Source: Catajapyx aquilonaris (taxonomy: Eukaryota). Taken from it: a stretch of 47,056 nucleotides of DNA. Positions 9,708 through 22,068 of this stretch are shown in pieces. The stretch lies in contig JYFJ02003035.1 of NCBI GenBank assembly GCA_000934665.2, positions 1 to 47,056 of the forward strand, written 5' to 3'. How positions within the stretch are numbered: position 1 is the stretch's first letter; each line of letters begins with the position of its first letter. The translations under genes and the position numbers were made by a program. The notes under the pieces were generated by a model that saw only the letters and a list, made by a program, of their open reading frames with translations, did not search any database and was not told the DNA's origin.

Positions 9708-10244
9708 CTTATTAGTCACACCACTTGTTATTAAGTCTACCGGTACCTTCAGGAAAAATTCTTTACTAATCGATGTTCCTTTCACCATCGCACTGCACTG
9801 CACGTATAAGGAGGGGTCATTCGAAAGCGATCCCGCCAAAGGCCTGAGCAGCGCATTCCGATCTTCCTTCCTTTCCTTTAGTGACCTCCTAATGTACTGG
9901 AGGTAAACGTACGGATTGTTCCTCGGATAGGTCAGGCTCAGCTGGAACTTGGGATTGCGCCAAAAGGGCGAAATCGTGACAGGACTCAGGTACATATATG
10001 GCCGGATCTTGTTTGAGATGAGGAGGTTGGGGTCAAACGTATTCGGGACTGCCCGGCGAGTGGAGTCCTTCCGCCACATCTTGAGGTAGGTGGCCTGCTC
10101 CTCCGCAGTAGGAGGCTCGCTATGCTTTGGCAGACCAAGCATGTCATGAGCCAGGGAGCGGATCCAACCGTCTCCCTCAACCGTCATCTCGCCATGCGTC
10201 TCCACCAGCTGGTGCTCTAATTTCACCAGCAGCTCCCGCAGAGC
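9708..10244 (-). CDS. IQCH: IQCH-like protein, exon 2 (3' boundary 9708 with a GC donor, or 9747 with a GT donor)
   Basis: ttccag|ALRELLVKLEHQL..ISKEFFLK(VPVDLITSGVTNK); open frame, phase 0 at either donor. Confidence 0.7.
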
Positions 10245-10314
10245 CTGGAACGCAACGCAATGAATACCTCATCGGGGCTCACCGGTATACCTCTAGCCTC
10301 AACACACAACTCAC

Positions 10315-10356
10315 ATGGGTCAGCATGAAGCCGTCAGCGTCTTCAACCCCCGACAT
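10315..10356 (-). CDS. IQCH: IQCH-like protein, probable first coding exon
   Basis: ATG at 10356, MSGVEDADGFMLTH|gtgagt, then a 70-nt phase-0 intron to the acceptor at 10245. Confidence 0.6.
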
Positions 10357-11023
10357 CGCAACCTCCCTCTTTGCAACAACCGCAGCAAATAAATCCAGTT
10401 AAAAAGTTGCCACGCTGTTGATCCCCTTCCAGTGGGTCCAACCGGCTGCATTGTTGTGAAGTGTCCAACGGCCATACCGCTGCTATACCTGCAATATGTA
10501 TCATCATATGGTACGGCTGATTGTTGGCACTACGAGTGCGGCTAATTGTAATCAATATTGTTCAGCAGTGATTGGGTGCCTAATTGGGCCAAGTGCAGTC
10601 CTTACCCTCCTGACCCATGGTCTCTGCTGCTGCCCAGCAATGCTTGAAACACATGTTGCATCAACAACAATGGCTCCCTCCAGTGGGAAATGGGAAGCCA
10701 GCCAGCCAGCTTCCAGGGAGTTTTGCACTCCAGGCAGAGATGGCACCATCAGCCTGGAACTCAGCACGAGAAAACACTGGCGGGAGATGCTGGAAACTGC
10801 TCAACGATAACAATAACACGAGATTGTGATTGATATGTCACAGGCGAACAATGAAGAAGAATGACGTCACTAGGCTTTAATTGTTACTCGCTGGTTTTAT
10901 TTGGACAAGAAGAAAAAAGTAATGACAAAATACAAAAATAATTGCAGAAACTTCATAAGTGCGGTGACCTACGTTGGTAGGTCTACATATTAGACCTTAC
11001 AAATAGGATGTACGGTATTACAC

Positions 11024-11059
11024 GTATTGCACTGATTACTAGTATTGCACTGATTACTA
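11024..11059. repeat. 18-bp tandem duplication
   Basis: GTATTGCACTGATTACTA occurs twice in tandem. Confidence 0.9.
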
Positions 11060-11187
11060 GTGTACACTTACCTCAATAGTTGTCCTTAGGTTATACTGGG
11101 AATTTTCTGGACCAATAAAGTCATGGTGTTAAAGAACGCAGTTTCACTTAGTAACGAGTGAGCAAGGAAGATGGGAGCATCATGTGT

Positions 11188-11190
<3 letters not shown>

Positions 11191-11265
<75 letters not shown>
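11191..11265. repeat. (AT)n microsatellite, about 37 units
   Basis: Uninterrupted AT run. Confidence 0.98.
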
Positions 11266-11266
<1 letters not shown>

Positions 11267-11450
11267 GCCTTGAAATTGTGCCATAAAGAGGAGATCAACA
11301 ACTGTGACATGATATAAAAATGAACAATGCCTATCGTAAGAAGAGTTAGGACGACGAGCCCTATAAACACATCTTTGGCAACGAAATTTCAACCTTAATC
11401 GAGGTTAATGAAAATTGGAGTAGTTGTTAGACTATATTTCAGAGGTGTTG

Positions 11451-11519
11451 AAAGTTCGTCCTTCACAAACATCACTTAGGCACCGGTAGCCTAAGTGATG
11501 TTTGTGAAGGACGAACTTT
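11451..11519. repeat. Perfect 31-bp inverted repeat with a 7-nt spacer
   Basis: AAAGTTCGTCCTTCACAAACATCACTTAGGC (11451-11481), ACCGGTA, then the exact reverse complement (11489-11519). Confidence 0.95.
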
Positions 11520-12356
11520 ACCCATTAATTTGAATGTTATAGTACTTCACATTAGGGCATTAAGTTTTTGAAATTGCAGCACGATCCATGGATTTCCGGG
11601 GAATTGATTCATAATAATATGCGTCTCTGAAAATTCCTCCAGTAATTTCTTCACAATTAAATATGATAATTAGCTTATTGATATTGTGAGCATTTTTTTA
11701 GGATAGCTTATATGCAGCTCGCTAAAATGTTTATTTCTGAATATTTGCTTATACTGTGCCATGCTATAGCTCATAATAATATCTGATGGTTGAAGCAACA
11801 ACATGATGTCGAGTGCTTTCGTATGCACAAGGAAAAAATATTTTTTAAACACAGCATCACAACGTATTTAAAAATCAAGCGAGGGTTGAGGTAATGAAAT
11901 GCCCGATTTTAATAATTCTACAAGGCATACATTTTGAATGAGCCGTGCTGTGGAACATGAGTGGGGTAAAATAATAAAGATGTATCGGAAAATAAAACCC
12001 CCAAAAGGGGCAGGGATATGCAGTTGTTCAATTTTTGAAATAATAATCAGACTCTCCCTAGTGTATTCCGTAATTTACTAAATTAATATTAGGGGTTACC
12101 CGTTGACAAACAAAACTGGATGAAAATTTATTCCCTCTCCTGTTCACAGACTGTAAAACGTGAGCAAATGGTTGGAGCAGGCTGACAAATTAAAAAATTT
12201 AATATGTTTCACGAAATTAGGTATAGGCTTATAAAATATGAAAAAGATAAAGTTAAAAGTATGTAAGCTTGCTACGCATTTTCGGGAGAAATGAACGTCA
12301 ATTTATTACATGTTGCAATTGCTGGAAGTTTGGTTCATAATTATTGTCAATAAGTA

Positions 12357-12667
12357 CAAGGCGTCTCATCTTTTTTATAGGAAAATTGCGCATAGCTGCT
12401 ACTTTTTAAGCAGTGACTTGCAACCGGTGATTTGTCGGAGGAATGGGGAAAAAGAGGGTCACACATCCCATGGCATGTGTGACAATCTTTTTTCCAGGCT
12501 TGACCCTCAATTTTCAGCGGGCAGCACGTATGCCACTTCAACCTACGATTCGCAGGGAATATTCCCCGTTCCTCCGAAAAATCACCGTTTGCAAGTCACT
12601 GCTTAAAAAGTAGCAGCTACGCGTGATTTTCCGATAACTGTTCGGACAAAAATGATGAGACACCCTG
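12357..12667. mobile_element. Tc1/mariner-type MITE, 311 bp
   Basis: TA on both flanks; termini CAAGGCGTCTCATC and GATGAGACACCCTG; about 100-bp imperfect inverted arms including the exact block TAGCTGCTACTTTTTAAGCAGTGACTTGCAA; no coding capacity. Confidence 0.85.
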
Positions 12668-14356
12668 TAGATTACATGTCATGGCTCAATGGCGTCACGA
12701 GGGAAACAGATGACATCTAACATTGGTAGTACAATTATTTTTATTTTTGTGCGTGCTTAGGTGTCGACATGCACATTATTAATGAATTGAACAAATTCTG
12801 CATTTTAATAACAAAATTTATGATTGCACCGGGTTGCACACTACAGGAATATGCCGCCCTGCATATTTTACAGCCACAGTGAATTGGTGAAATGGCATAT
12901 TCAGGGCATTCAGCACTGTAGGTCGTTACAGGTGCAGTAGCCTTTGCGTTAAAATATTACAGTATCCTATACATTGTAGATTCAGTATTTCATCAACTTT
13001 GGTTTAAAAAGGGGATGGAACTTACCTCTGCTGTGTCGCTTATGCAGTTATTCGCATATACGAATAACAGCCACAAATTATTAGCAAAAAGAGTCAATGC
13101 TCATACCGAACTGCCTCAAAAGTGATACTGGTATCTGTCTCTATTCAATATTTAATGAGAACTAGCCAGGATCTCGTTTTCAGACCGTAGTAGGTCTTAG
13201 TGACATTGGCAAAACGTGCCCAGTAACATCCCGAAACTTCACTTCTACAGCAGTCATCCTAACCACAAGCCCCTATTTATTTAGCACGGTCCATGACACC
13301 AAAATTGACCAGACTTGGGCCCGCATTTCGTTACGTGTTGAGCACTTAGACTTCCAGCAGCAAAACATGACATTTAGAAAATTATGCGTGCACGGCAAGA
13401 ATAACATGCAAGCTGACCGTACAGTATCTGAAAATTAACTTTAGAAGTTGTCGTCTCTGGCTGTTTACTCTAATTAGGATCTCCCAGCCCTCTGACACTG
13501 TACGACGTGCAACAGTGGGATTTAATCAGGTCTTCAGGTGCAGACGATGTACCACAAAAAAGGGCATGCAGAAAAACAATCACTCGCGTTGCTGCGTATA
13601 TAATCCAGCAGGAGATGGGCCTGAAGGGGAAGAAAAGAGGTGCATATAAATGGAGGCACTTTCTTATGCACTTTTATTTGGAAAGTCTGATGTATAGACA
13701 ACACTTTTTTTCTTCTTTCTTTTCTGTTAAAGTTGGGGGGGAGGAGAGTTCAGTTCGTGGTCTCTTGAAGAGGTGAAAGGGGTCGAGGAAGCGTCCCATA
13801 CAGTAGGCGGAAGTGAACAATTTCGGACATCCATCCGACGTCTTTTCCTTTTAATATAACGTCACTTTATGACTCATACACTCCGGGCTTGTCTTACGTC
13901 GGAATCCCCCAGATGAAATTTTAATAAACCGAGCACGTTTCTCCTGCCATAAAGGTTGTCGTGTCATAAAGTTGCCTTCTGTGATCGAAACTCTTAATTC
14001 GGGACATAAAAGTGGGCGGAAGGAAGGTGCGCGGCACCCGCCTCGCTTTTTCCGGGAGGGGTCCGCTCTTAATAAGCAATCAGACCGAAAGGCTCCATAA
14101 ACATTTTACGGTTATTTCAACCCCCAACGTTTCCGAAAATGACGGCACCTCCACTACTTTATGTCGTTAGACACGGCCATAGTTCTCGCTCATTTTATGA
14201 TCGTTACTGTACGTGCGGATGATGAATGCTCGCCGCCAGTATATGTACAGTATATAATATATATTTTTTCAAGTCTGTTCCTTCTTGGATCTTCTCCATC
14301 ACGATGGTCACTCACCAAGTGTACAATTCCAGGCGCGGCCAGCACTCAAGCCACTT

Positions 14357-14472
14357 TCATCTCAAGGTTTTTATTATGAAAATTGTAAAACTATATACAA
14401 GGAGGATGTGTACAGAGGAGGTGTTGCTAGAAGAACTTCGATTGCCGTGCTGCATGGCAGCTGGATGCTCTC
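14357..14472 (-). CDS. dpr1: dpr1-like Ig protein, last coding exon (linker and hydrophobic GPI-signal-like tail)
   Basis: ttcacag|(G)EHPAAMQHGNRSSSSNTSSVHILLVYSFTIFIIKTLR-TGA; GEHPAAMQ is the typical Dpr post-Ig2 motif; phase 1. Confidence 0.85.
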
Positions 14473-15777
14473 CTGTGAAGGAGGAAAAAATGCAAGGAAG
14501 AAGAAGAAGAGAGAGAAAAATACACACTCTACTGCTTCTGCTGGAAGGAGGAAGAGAGGGTTGGATATTGATAGAGTGCCACCATCCCTGTCTGAACCTC
14601 ATCTTTTTCCAGCCACTTGTTCGGGCCTCTTGTAGCACTAGTTTCTATCAAAGGACCCATTTTCCTCTGTCTCGCTGTACAAGAGCGAAAAAGTGGCTGA
14701 TTTCTCCTAAAGGTTGCCCCTTCTGGGGCACTTTGTCCGGGTGGAAGGATTGATGGATAGATGGGTCGGTTGCTTGCCTGCCTGCTCGGTTGCTTGCAAC
14801 GATGGATTCAAGGAGAAGGGTTGGCTTTCACATTCCTTTCGATCAGATCTCAGCTCGAATCCGCTTCTTCAAGCGGATCACTCGACTGTGATACAGTGAG
14901 GCATTGCACGATTGCTTCGGTACATACTTGGACAACAAGTTATATGCTTCATACTGCTAAAATTTGGCGCGCAATTGTGTCATGCTCGTGAACAAATGAG
15001 GCGCAGGCCTCGCTTTGTGCATCCTGGGTATTTAATTCCTATCAGAGAATTAATATCGGAAAGCGAAATCGATATTTCCACAAAACCAGGGCTTCTGCCA
15101 TCGGTTTTAATATATTCCGTGCCTGTTATGTGTGCTTCCGACCCTGGCAACTCCTCCAAACCTGCTGTCAACTGATGCCAACAACTTACACGAGATTATA
15201 AAGCGTTAGGGCAGTTAGTCCCCTAGAAAAGGTCGGCTACAATGCAGGATTAGCGAGATGCCTCTGATTTGGTCGTAAAAAAGTACGAGGCAGCAAGAGA
15301 CGGAAGCAAAGCTGCTTTGGTCGGACGTAAACACTGATTGCTCCTCGGAAAATCCTCCTCTTGAGCGCCCCGATCAGGGTCGACCCTATTATTTCCGCAC
15401 CCTGCGAAAAAGACTAAACATGGTGGAAGCTTCGCGAAAAAAAATAGAGAGAGAGAGAAAAAAACGCCGGTGATGAAACTGTCCTTCCGGAACCGCCTCC
15501 AAATTTCACCCTCCGCTGCCTTTGGGCTCGTGTTTGTTGTGCATCCAGCTCATGCCACGGGGAGGGGATATTATTTGCGACAAAATTTGCCAACTAGGAA
15601 GCGCCAAACTGTGGCTCGTAACACGGTAACGCAGCAGGCATACTGAGCAGTAGGCGACAGGGGGTGCTTAACATGTAACGTTTCCTCCGACTCGGAGGGA
15701 TGATCAAGCCCAGTTTCCACTATAGGCGGACCATGGTTGATTTTTTTTTTTACTTATTTTCGCAACAATGTTCTCAC

Positions 15778-16074
15778 CGTTGATGACGTGGACCATGACG
15801 CTGGCAGGGTCAGCGATTGTGGGTATGCAGGTGTAGTTTCCGGAGTCGCTGGCCCTTGCGTGTGGGATCCGGAGGCGACTGGTCAGCACCTCTCCTCTTT
15901 CTGTCTCGATCCGGACACCACGACGGGTAGAGTCGTAGTCGACGATGGAGGGGCCGCGGTACCAGAAGACGGAACCGATGTCGTGGGGTCCTTGGTTCAC
16001 CTCGCAGGTCAGGCTCAGGGTGCTGCCCGTCTTCACGTACAGGTCGGCTGGACCTGGGATGCGGGCCTTCGCCT
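15778..16074 (-). CDS. dpr1: dpr1-like Ig protein, Ig2 exon
   Basis: ctgcag|(E)AKARIPGPADLYVKTGSTLSLTCEVNQGPHDIGSVFWYRG..DSGNYTCIP..ASVMVHVIN|gtgaga; 297 nt, phase 1/1. Confidence 0.92.
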
Positions 16075-19000
16075 CTGCAGGAGAATATCAAATTGTCAGG
16101 TGACATCCTCATATACGTAATGATACATAATCATGCAGATGTGCTTGTGCTCATTATTATTTCACTTCAGTCTTACCATTACGATATAGTCTACTGTGCG
16201 ACACAAATGAGGTCGTCCAGCGGTATAGCCCTGTCAGATCATCCGCTTTTGGATCGTAGCATCTGCGCTCCCTTGCAAACCAACCAGTAAATGAGTTCAT
16301 TTGGTGAAACTGCACTACTGGATGTGAAACCATGTGTGATGCATTCCCAACAATTATTAGGAGGGTTCTGTAGTGAGGGTCCATTGGAAAAAAACCCTTT
16401 TGTGTATTAGTATAACAATTTTGTTGCATCAAAAAAAAAGCAATGGACAAAAACACTGTTTACAGAGTATGCAGTTGGCCGCTCCTTTGCAGAAGAACTT
16501 GAATGTTACGACCGGCATCGCAAAAAAAAATCCAAGCGCGATAAGCTACTCTATGATGCATTCACATAATGCGTCTTTATAATTATGTGGTACAAAGACT
16601 TTGGAGTACTGTACTGTAGGCTACATCCTTTTGTAAATGTGACTTGTAGTTTTTATTCACATTGAATAAAGTTTGTGGTTCTGAAATTTTTCCATTAACC
16701 AAGCAGATATTATGTCTGTGGAAAAATTACAGCTTTTTTCTTGTTTGCAGAAGTATGCTTGAAAATCAGTTGAAACAGCTGTTTTAAATATTTTGCCTAT
16801 AACAAGCCACAAGAGGCGCATAACTAGAGTAGGCTACACAAAATTTTAGTGGGACGCAATGTGATTAGTGCAATACTACTCTTCGCCAGCAATTCACGAT
16901 CCGGTAAGAACGATTCAAAAGGCACTTCGGCAATACAAAATTCAATGTCAAGACAGGGAGATACGGCTAATTCTTGCGGCAATAAAGCAGCGGGCCTTCA
17001 GTGCAGAGAGCAGAGTTAGACATCCTGCTCTCGTGTCTTCCCCCCTATAGAACCGACATCCGGGGAAATCCGGAGAGATGATGTAGGAAGGATGGTCTCT
17101 GCAGCTGTTGCCCAAGCGCTATTAGTCCTCGAATACGGAACTCTGCCGCTCCGCATTCCGACGGGGACGAACCGGGTTGAAAAAAAAATAAGCGTAATTC
17201 CTCACTCTTTCCAGATGCCATCCACAATGATTTCCTATATTGAATGTCACCCCCTGCAGGTTACGCAGAAAAAAAATATTTCTGCTGCCGGATAACCCCG
17301 GATTTTCCCACACAATCCCACTGCACTTATTCCGGGCCTCACAAGCATTGGGAGGACTAGAAAAAAAGAGAGTGATCCAATTTGCATTGATTCACACATC
17401 GGACATTCCACCCGCCTGCTGACAAGCATTTTCCATTTTAATTAATCAACCTTCGCGGGCAAGCAGTAATTTGTTGCCGTTGCTCCTCTATTTTTCCCCC
17501 GGATACCTACCGGTGATGGAAGAGAAAAAGTTTCGCAAAAATCCCTATGGCTCCATCAGGTGCATGTAAAAAAAAACTTGGATATACCGAAACTGTAACC
17601 ATTAAATTTGCCCATCTTTTTGCTGTTGTTTCTTTTTTTAAATATACTGTAGATGCTTGGTGTTGTCAGCTGGTACAATATGATGTGCAAAAGAGGACTA
17701 TGTCGCGAGTCTATTCGAATCCGGCTTTTGAGCTGTTCTGAAAGAAGACCGAAGCTTGGCTGTCGATATGGGATTGTGGCAGTCAGGGCACGATTTTGAA
17801 ATCCTCGCAGACGAACATGGAAAACGAGCAGTTGTAAGCTATCGATTATTCCTTATATCTGCAAATTTTTCGAATCCAAACCCCGCTTCCGAAAAAGAAC
17901 TCTTTTGGATTGCTTTTTGCGGATTTTTTTTTACCCATCTGCAATAGAGACCGACTCTCTCTCTCACACACATCTATAGAATATATCGGACTCTGATGCG
18001 CTCTCTACATATTTTTGGGGGAGAAATAACAGACCAACACGTCATGTGCAGCAAATGTCGAAATACCTGCCGTGTTGGAAGACCAGGCCAGTTCAAGCAA
18101 CATATAGTTTAATCCAACATTTTACGATTCATAAAACTACCCCGACTGATATACCGAGCTCGTGCGTATAAACCACCGCGTTACGTACATGACGCGAAGA
18201 AAAACGACGCTCGAAATGATGAACTTTAAACTGCCTCGTTGCAGCTTAATCAAGTACATACGCACGAAAAGTGCTCAGGTGCATAAAATATCGTGCCAAC
18301 AACATAGGCGCTAATATACAGTGTGTAATTCTAACGCAAGTGCTGCCTATATTGTAACATATTGTTGACAGTAGAGCACCCCCCTCATGAACAGGCGACT
18401 TGGCCAGAGAACAACAATGGATATGACGCCCGAGTGGAGCAAAAGAGCTAACAGTCTAACCTCGGGGCGTTATCTTGAGCAGCTTCACCAGTGTTGACTC
18501 ACTTTGTTGAACCCGGTGCTGTAACAGCGAGCGTGTGACTCGTGGCAGCGAAACAGACCCGAGGGCACATACAGTGTGGCTGAGTGTGGTCGGACTTGTC
18601 GGACTGGGGTCCTAGTATACTGCTGGGAATGGGTGGTGTGGGTTCAGACGAGGGATTTAATTAATTTTTCCTTAACTGCTCCGTTGGACTCTAGTCGCAC
18701 GGCTGGGGCTTGTTGCTTCCTTTTCGTTTCTGCGACCCGAATTACACCCCCTCCTAAATCGAATTGCACCGGCCTCTGCCATGTAGTAGGGGATTACATG
18801 TCTTTGGCCTGGTTCCAACATAATCTTCGCTCGGTGCCGCACACAAATTGGCGAAACTCCGCTTCTCTTTAGCATAATAGACCGCACTTGGAGAGATCCC
18901 CGAGATGCATTGGCGACAGAATGCGTATAGGAATGAGGAGTGCCACGCCTCTCCTACTCGGACCGTCCCATAAATAACCGCCGTACCGCATATAAAAAAT

Positions 19001-21857
19001 TATACATCTTGAGCGAAAGATATGGACTTGGTTCCTTCTCACGGCTCCGTACACACTCGCTGGCTTCCAGGCCAAGGATGCAGCTGCCGTAGTGTATATG
19101 TAATAACATCAAACACTCCAGGGTCTCTTTGATCTGCACAGAGCTAGTTTTGGAACCTGGCATAGACAGGTTGACTAAAACACTGTTTCCCCCAGATATA
19201 TAATCAAGCTTTCGAGTGAGACTTGTACGGGATTACTGACTTTATCAACAAGAGCACACGAGGCTTTGATAAAGTCGCGGGGTTTTGACTCGGAAAATGT
19301 TTTCATCTGCTGTTTCGTCTATAGCTCTGGATAGCGTGATGGAATGCTGCAGACAGAAGGCAGCAAAGGGACCTTCACAAGTGGTGTCGCACACTGCATA
19401 CATGCGGCAGTGAGAGAAGGACTTAACTATGTGCGTGAGCTCTCCTTTTTTGCTCAAAGCCGGGTAACTATGTCATGTATGCAGCGAGTTTTGCTTTATG
19501 GCAGTTGGGGTTCTGACCACGTGTCAGTTGCCTTTTCATGTGGTCAATTACGCAACACTTTGCAAAATAAAGGGGAAAGTGTGGCGGTCACAAAGTCGCA
19601 GCATTTTGTTTCAGTTGCGACACCTACATGGTAATTACACACCGCATTGCGCCTAAATAACAGATATATAGGCCTGAAGCATGCTGAGAGTTCAAAGGGT
19701 TATGAGCACGAGAGAGTCAGACTGGATGGAATGCGCTGTATTGTTGGGGGGTCTTGCTTAGTAACTTAAGTTGGTAGTTAAAAATTAATTCATTAATAAT
19801 TTCTTAGTGTAGGTTCAAAATAATTTTAATCAATACCTTTCACTTAGAAAATTTAATACTCCTTCAATGCCGCTCTGGCCCAACACAGCTTTTGCTGCCT
19901 TTCGCCTTAACCCCATATCAATCAATCAATCTGAGGCAATATTACAGCCTCCATCGCTGTGATGAAGGAAAACGTTATACTCCGTGTTGATAACTTAACT
20001 CTTCGTAAGATCCTGCTTGAAAATGTGAAACATGGCTAACATTTTTTCCCTAACTAATTTGAGACCCAAAATCGCGGGGAGGTTGCAAAAAAAAAAGTCT
20101 CGAAAAAACACTGCCGGAAGAAAGTCGACTCGGTTTTATCTATTACACGCTAGTGCCCTTCGACAAGAAACAGGCTCGGGAATGTCTAAGGAGGAGGATA
20201 AAGGAGCGTAGAAAAGAAAAACGGGTTCGAAATTGCCAGTCCTTAAATCTTGGTGCCATTTCCGCGTAAAGTCGAGGCCATCAGTTTGGAAATAAAGTCG
20301 GTACAGTTTCAGATAAGAATCCGGGGAGAACCTGCCACCTCCTTCGATTATGCACCTACACACAGCCTATGTGCACAAGTCAGTTCCATGTTAAAAGAAG
20401 CATAGGACAACGGCACGTGACATGTGTGCGATGTGGTGTCACGTGGAAAGGATTTTCCTTTTTCCAGCCTTTCAGTTCCCCGTGTCCGCGAATTAGAAGC
20501 TCGCTCCGGATTTTGATGAGGCTTTTCATGATCGTATCCTGCAGATCCCGGTGCAGGAAAACCCGTTGCTGCCGTTGTTTGGCCATCCCGGCAATAAAAC
20601 CGCGAAATGGCGGCATACACAAGTGATAAACCCCCCCGCGGGCCGTTGTCATCGTGACGAATTCCATTCCTGTCTGGCGAATTTATGCAGAGGGCGGACT
20701 GCCACTGCATGAAGCATAAATGCAACATTAATCTGACTGACAATCTGTGGCGAGGGGACATAAAGGACGGAATTTGAGTGCCAGATATTTTCGCCGGTAC
20801 TATAATATCGGGGACGGTAGCTTGCCACATTACTAACAGAAAAAAAGGGGTCAAAATAATTTCCGCACCTAAACTTTTTGCAGGGTTTGCTCTACACCAT
20901 TGGTGGCATCGCATGGACAGACCCATGAAATATTTTATGCAACAGCCAATGTGCCATGGGACACCGCCGCCTGCTCACAAAAGCACTATGATGTCGTGCC
21001 GCGATGGTGTGTGGGAGTACAGAGGCTCTGGGAGGAGTGTAGTGGAAAAAATAATGAAGTGAGGGGAAAGTAGAAATGTGCTCGGAATAGTGAAAAAAAA
21101 ATCTCACTCCAGCAAGCCTGACAATCCGGTGAAGAGTGGTGCTTCCATTCTATATAGCCGATCTTTCTCAAAGAACGGAAATTGATTTCCAGGACAATGA
21201 AAAACGGAAGATGGATAACTGATTTGTTGTCAGGCTATGAAATACTGTCTGCTGCAGAGGCTGTCGTCTAGCTTTCCGCAAACAAATCATACCATGCCTG
21301 ACGGCTTCCAACGAATTATGAACTGCCCTCAACTGGCAACTAACATTAGATTGGATTTTTTGGGTGGAAAAAAAGTCGCTGTTTACTCAAATTTCAATAC
21401 CGTATGCATATAAAGGGGGTATACTATAACCTCTTACAGCCAAAGGGCAAAAAATTAGCAATATTGTGGGTGGGGGAAGGTTTTTGACCCCAAACTCCAT
21501 TGTATTCACCGCTGAAATATCTCACAAGCTCCATCAAAAAACAATAGAATCATGCAGGTTGTAGTGCAGATAATTATGTTTGGTTTAATGCAAATTGGTA
21601 ATTCATTTCGACACATTTGCCGATGGATATGCAAGGTCGTTGACAGCAGGTTCCCACTGTCTAAATTATTCGTCCCAATGTTGACCCGTGACATTAATAT
21701 CTGTGATAAGGTCCGACCGAAACCTTCCTCGGACTTGAACTCACCACTTATTGAACGAGAATTCAGATCACGTGTGTTCCCCACAGAATCGAAGCCTCGT
21801 TTTTTCCCCGCTTCTTCCCCACCTCCTATCCCAAAACCACCAACTACTGGTGTGTAC

Positions 21858-22068
21858 CTATGACATTCAGGCGGAAGGCCATGCTCTTCTTGGGCTCGGT
21901 GTTGATCTGGCATTCGTAGATCCCGCTGTCCCTCTCCTGGGGGAATTTGATCTGCAGGGTCCAATTCTCAGAGCTCTCGGTGTGGATCACCTGGAAGCGA
22001 GCGTCGCTAGTGTAGGTGAATATGGCCGTCGTCAGGATGTGCAGGTCACGCTTGCGAATCCACGACAC
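21858..22068 (-). CDS. dpr1: dpr1-like Ig protein, Ig1 second half
   Basis: ttgcag|VSWIRKRDLHILT..YTSDARF..NWTLQIKFPQERDSGIYECQINTEPK..LNVI|gtacac; 211 nt, phase 0/1; Dpr hallmark, with CQINTEPK as in dpr1. Confidence 0.93.

Noticed and set aside
10360..10680. RFX X-box for a ciliary gene upstream of IQCH
   Set aside because: The best candidate (GTTGCATCAACAAC near 10655) deviates from the consensus.
11266..11450. Penelope-like GIY-YIG tail or hammerhead ribozyme next to (AT)n
   Set aside because: Only a vague NFNLNRG resemblance; stops occur in all frames and there is no CTGANGA core.
19700..19931. Possible LINE 3' remnant ending in (ATCA)n with a WNAL-like codon run
   Set aside because: Too short and degenerate, with no TSD or ORF support.
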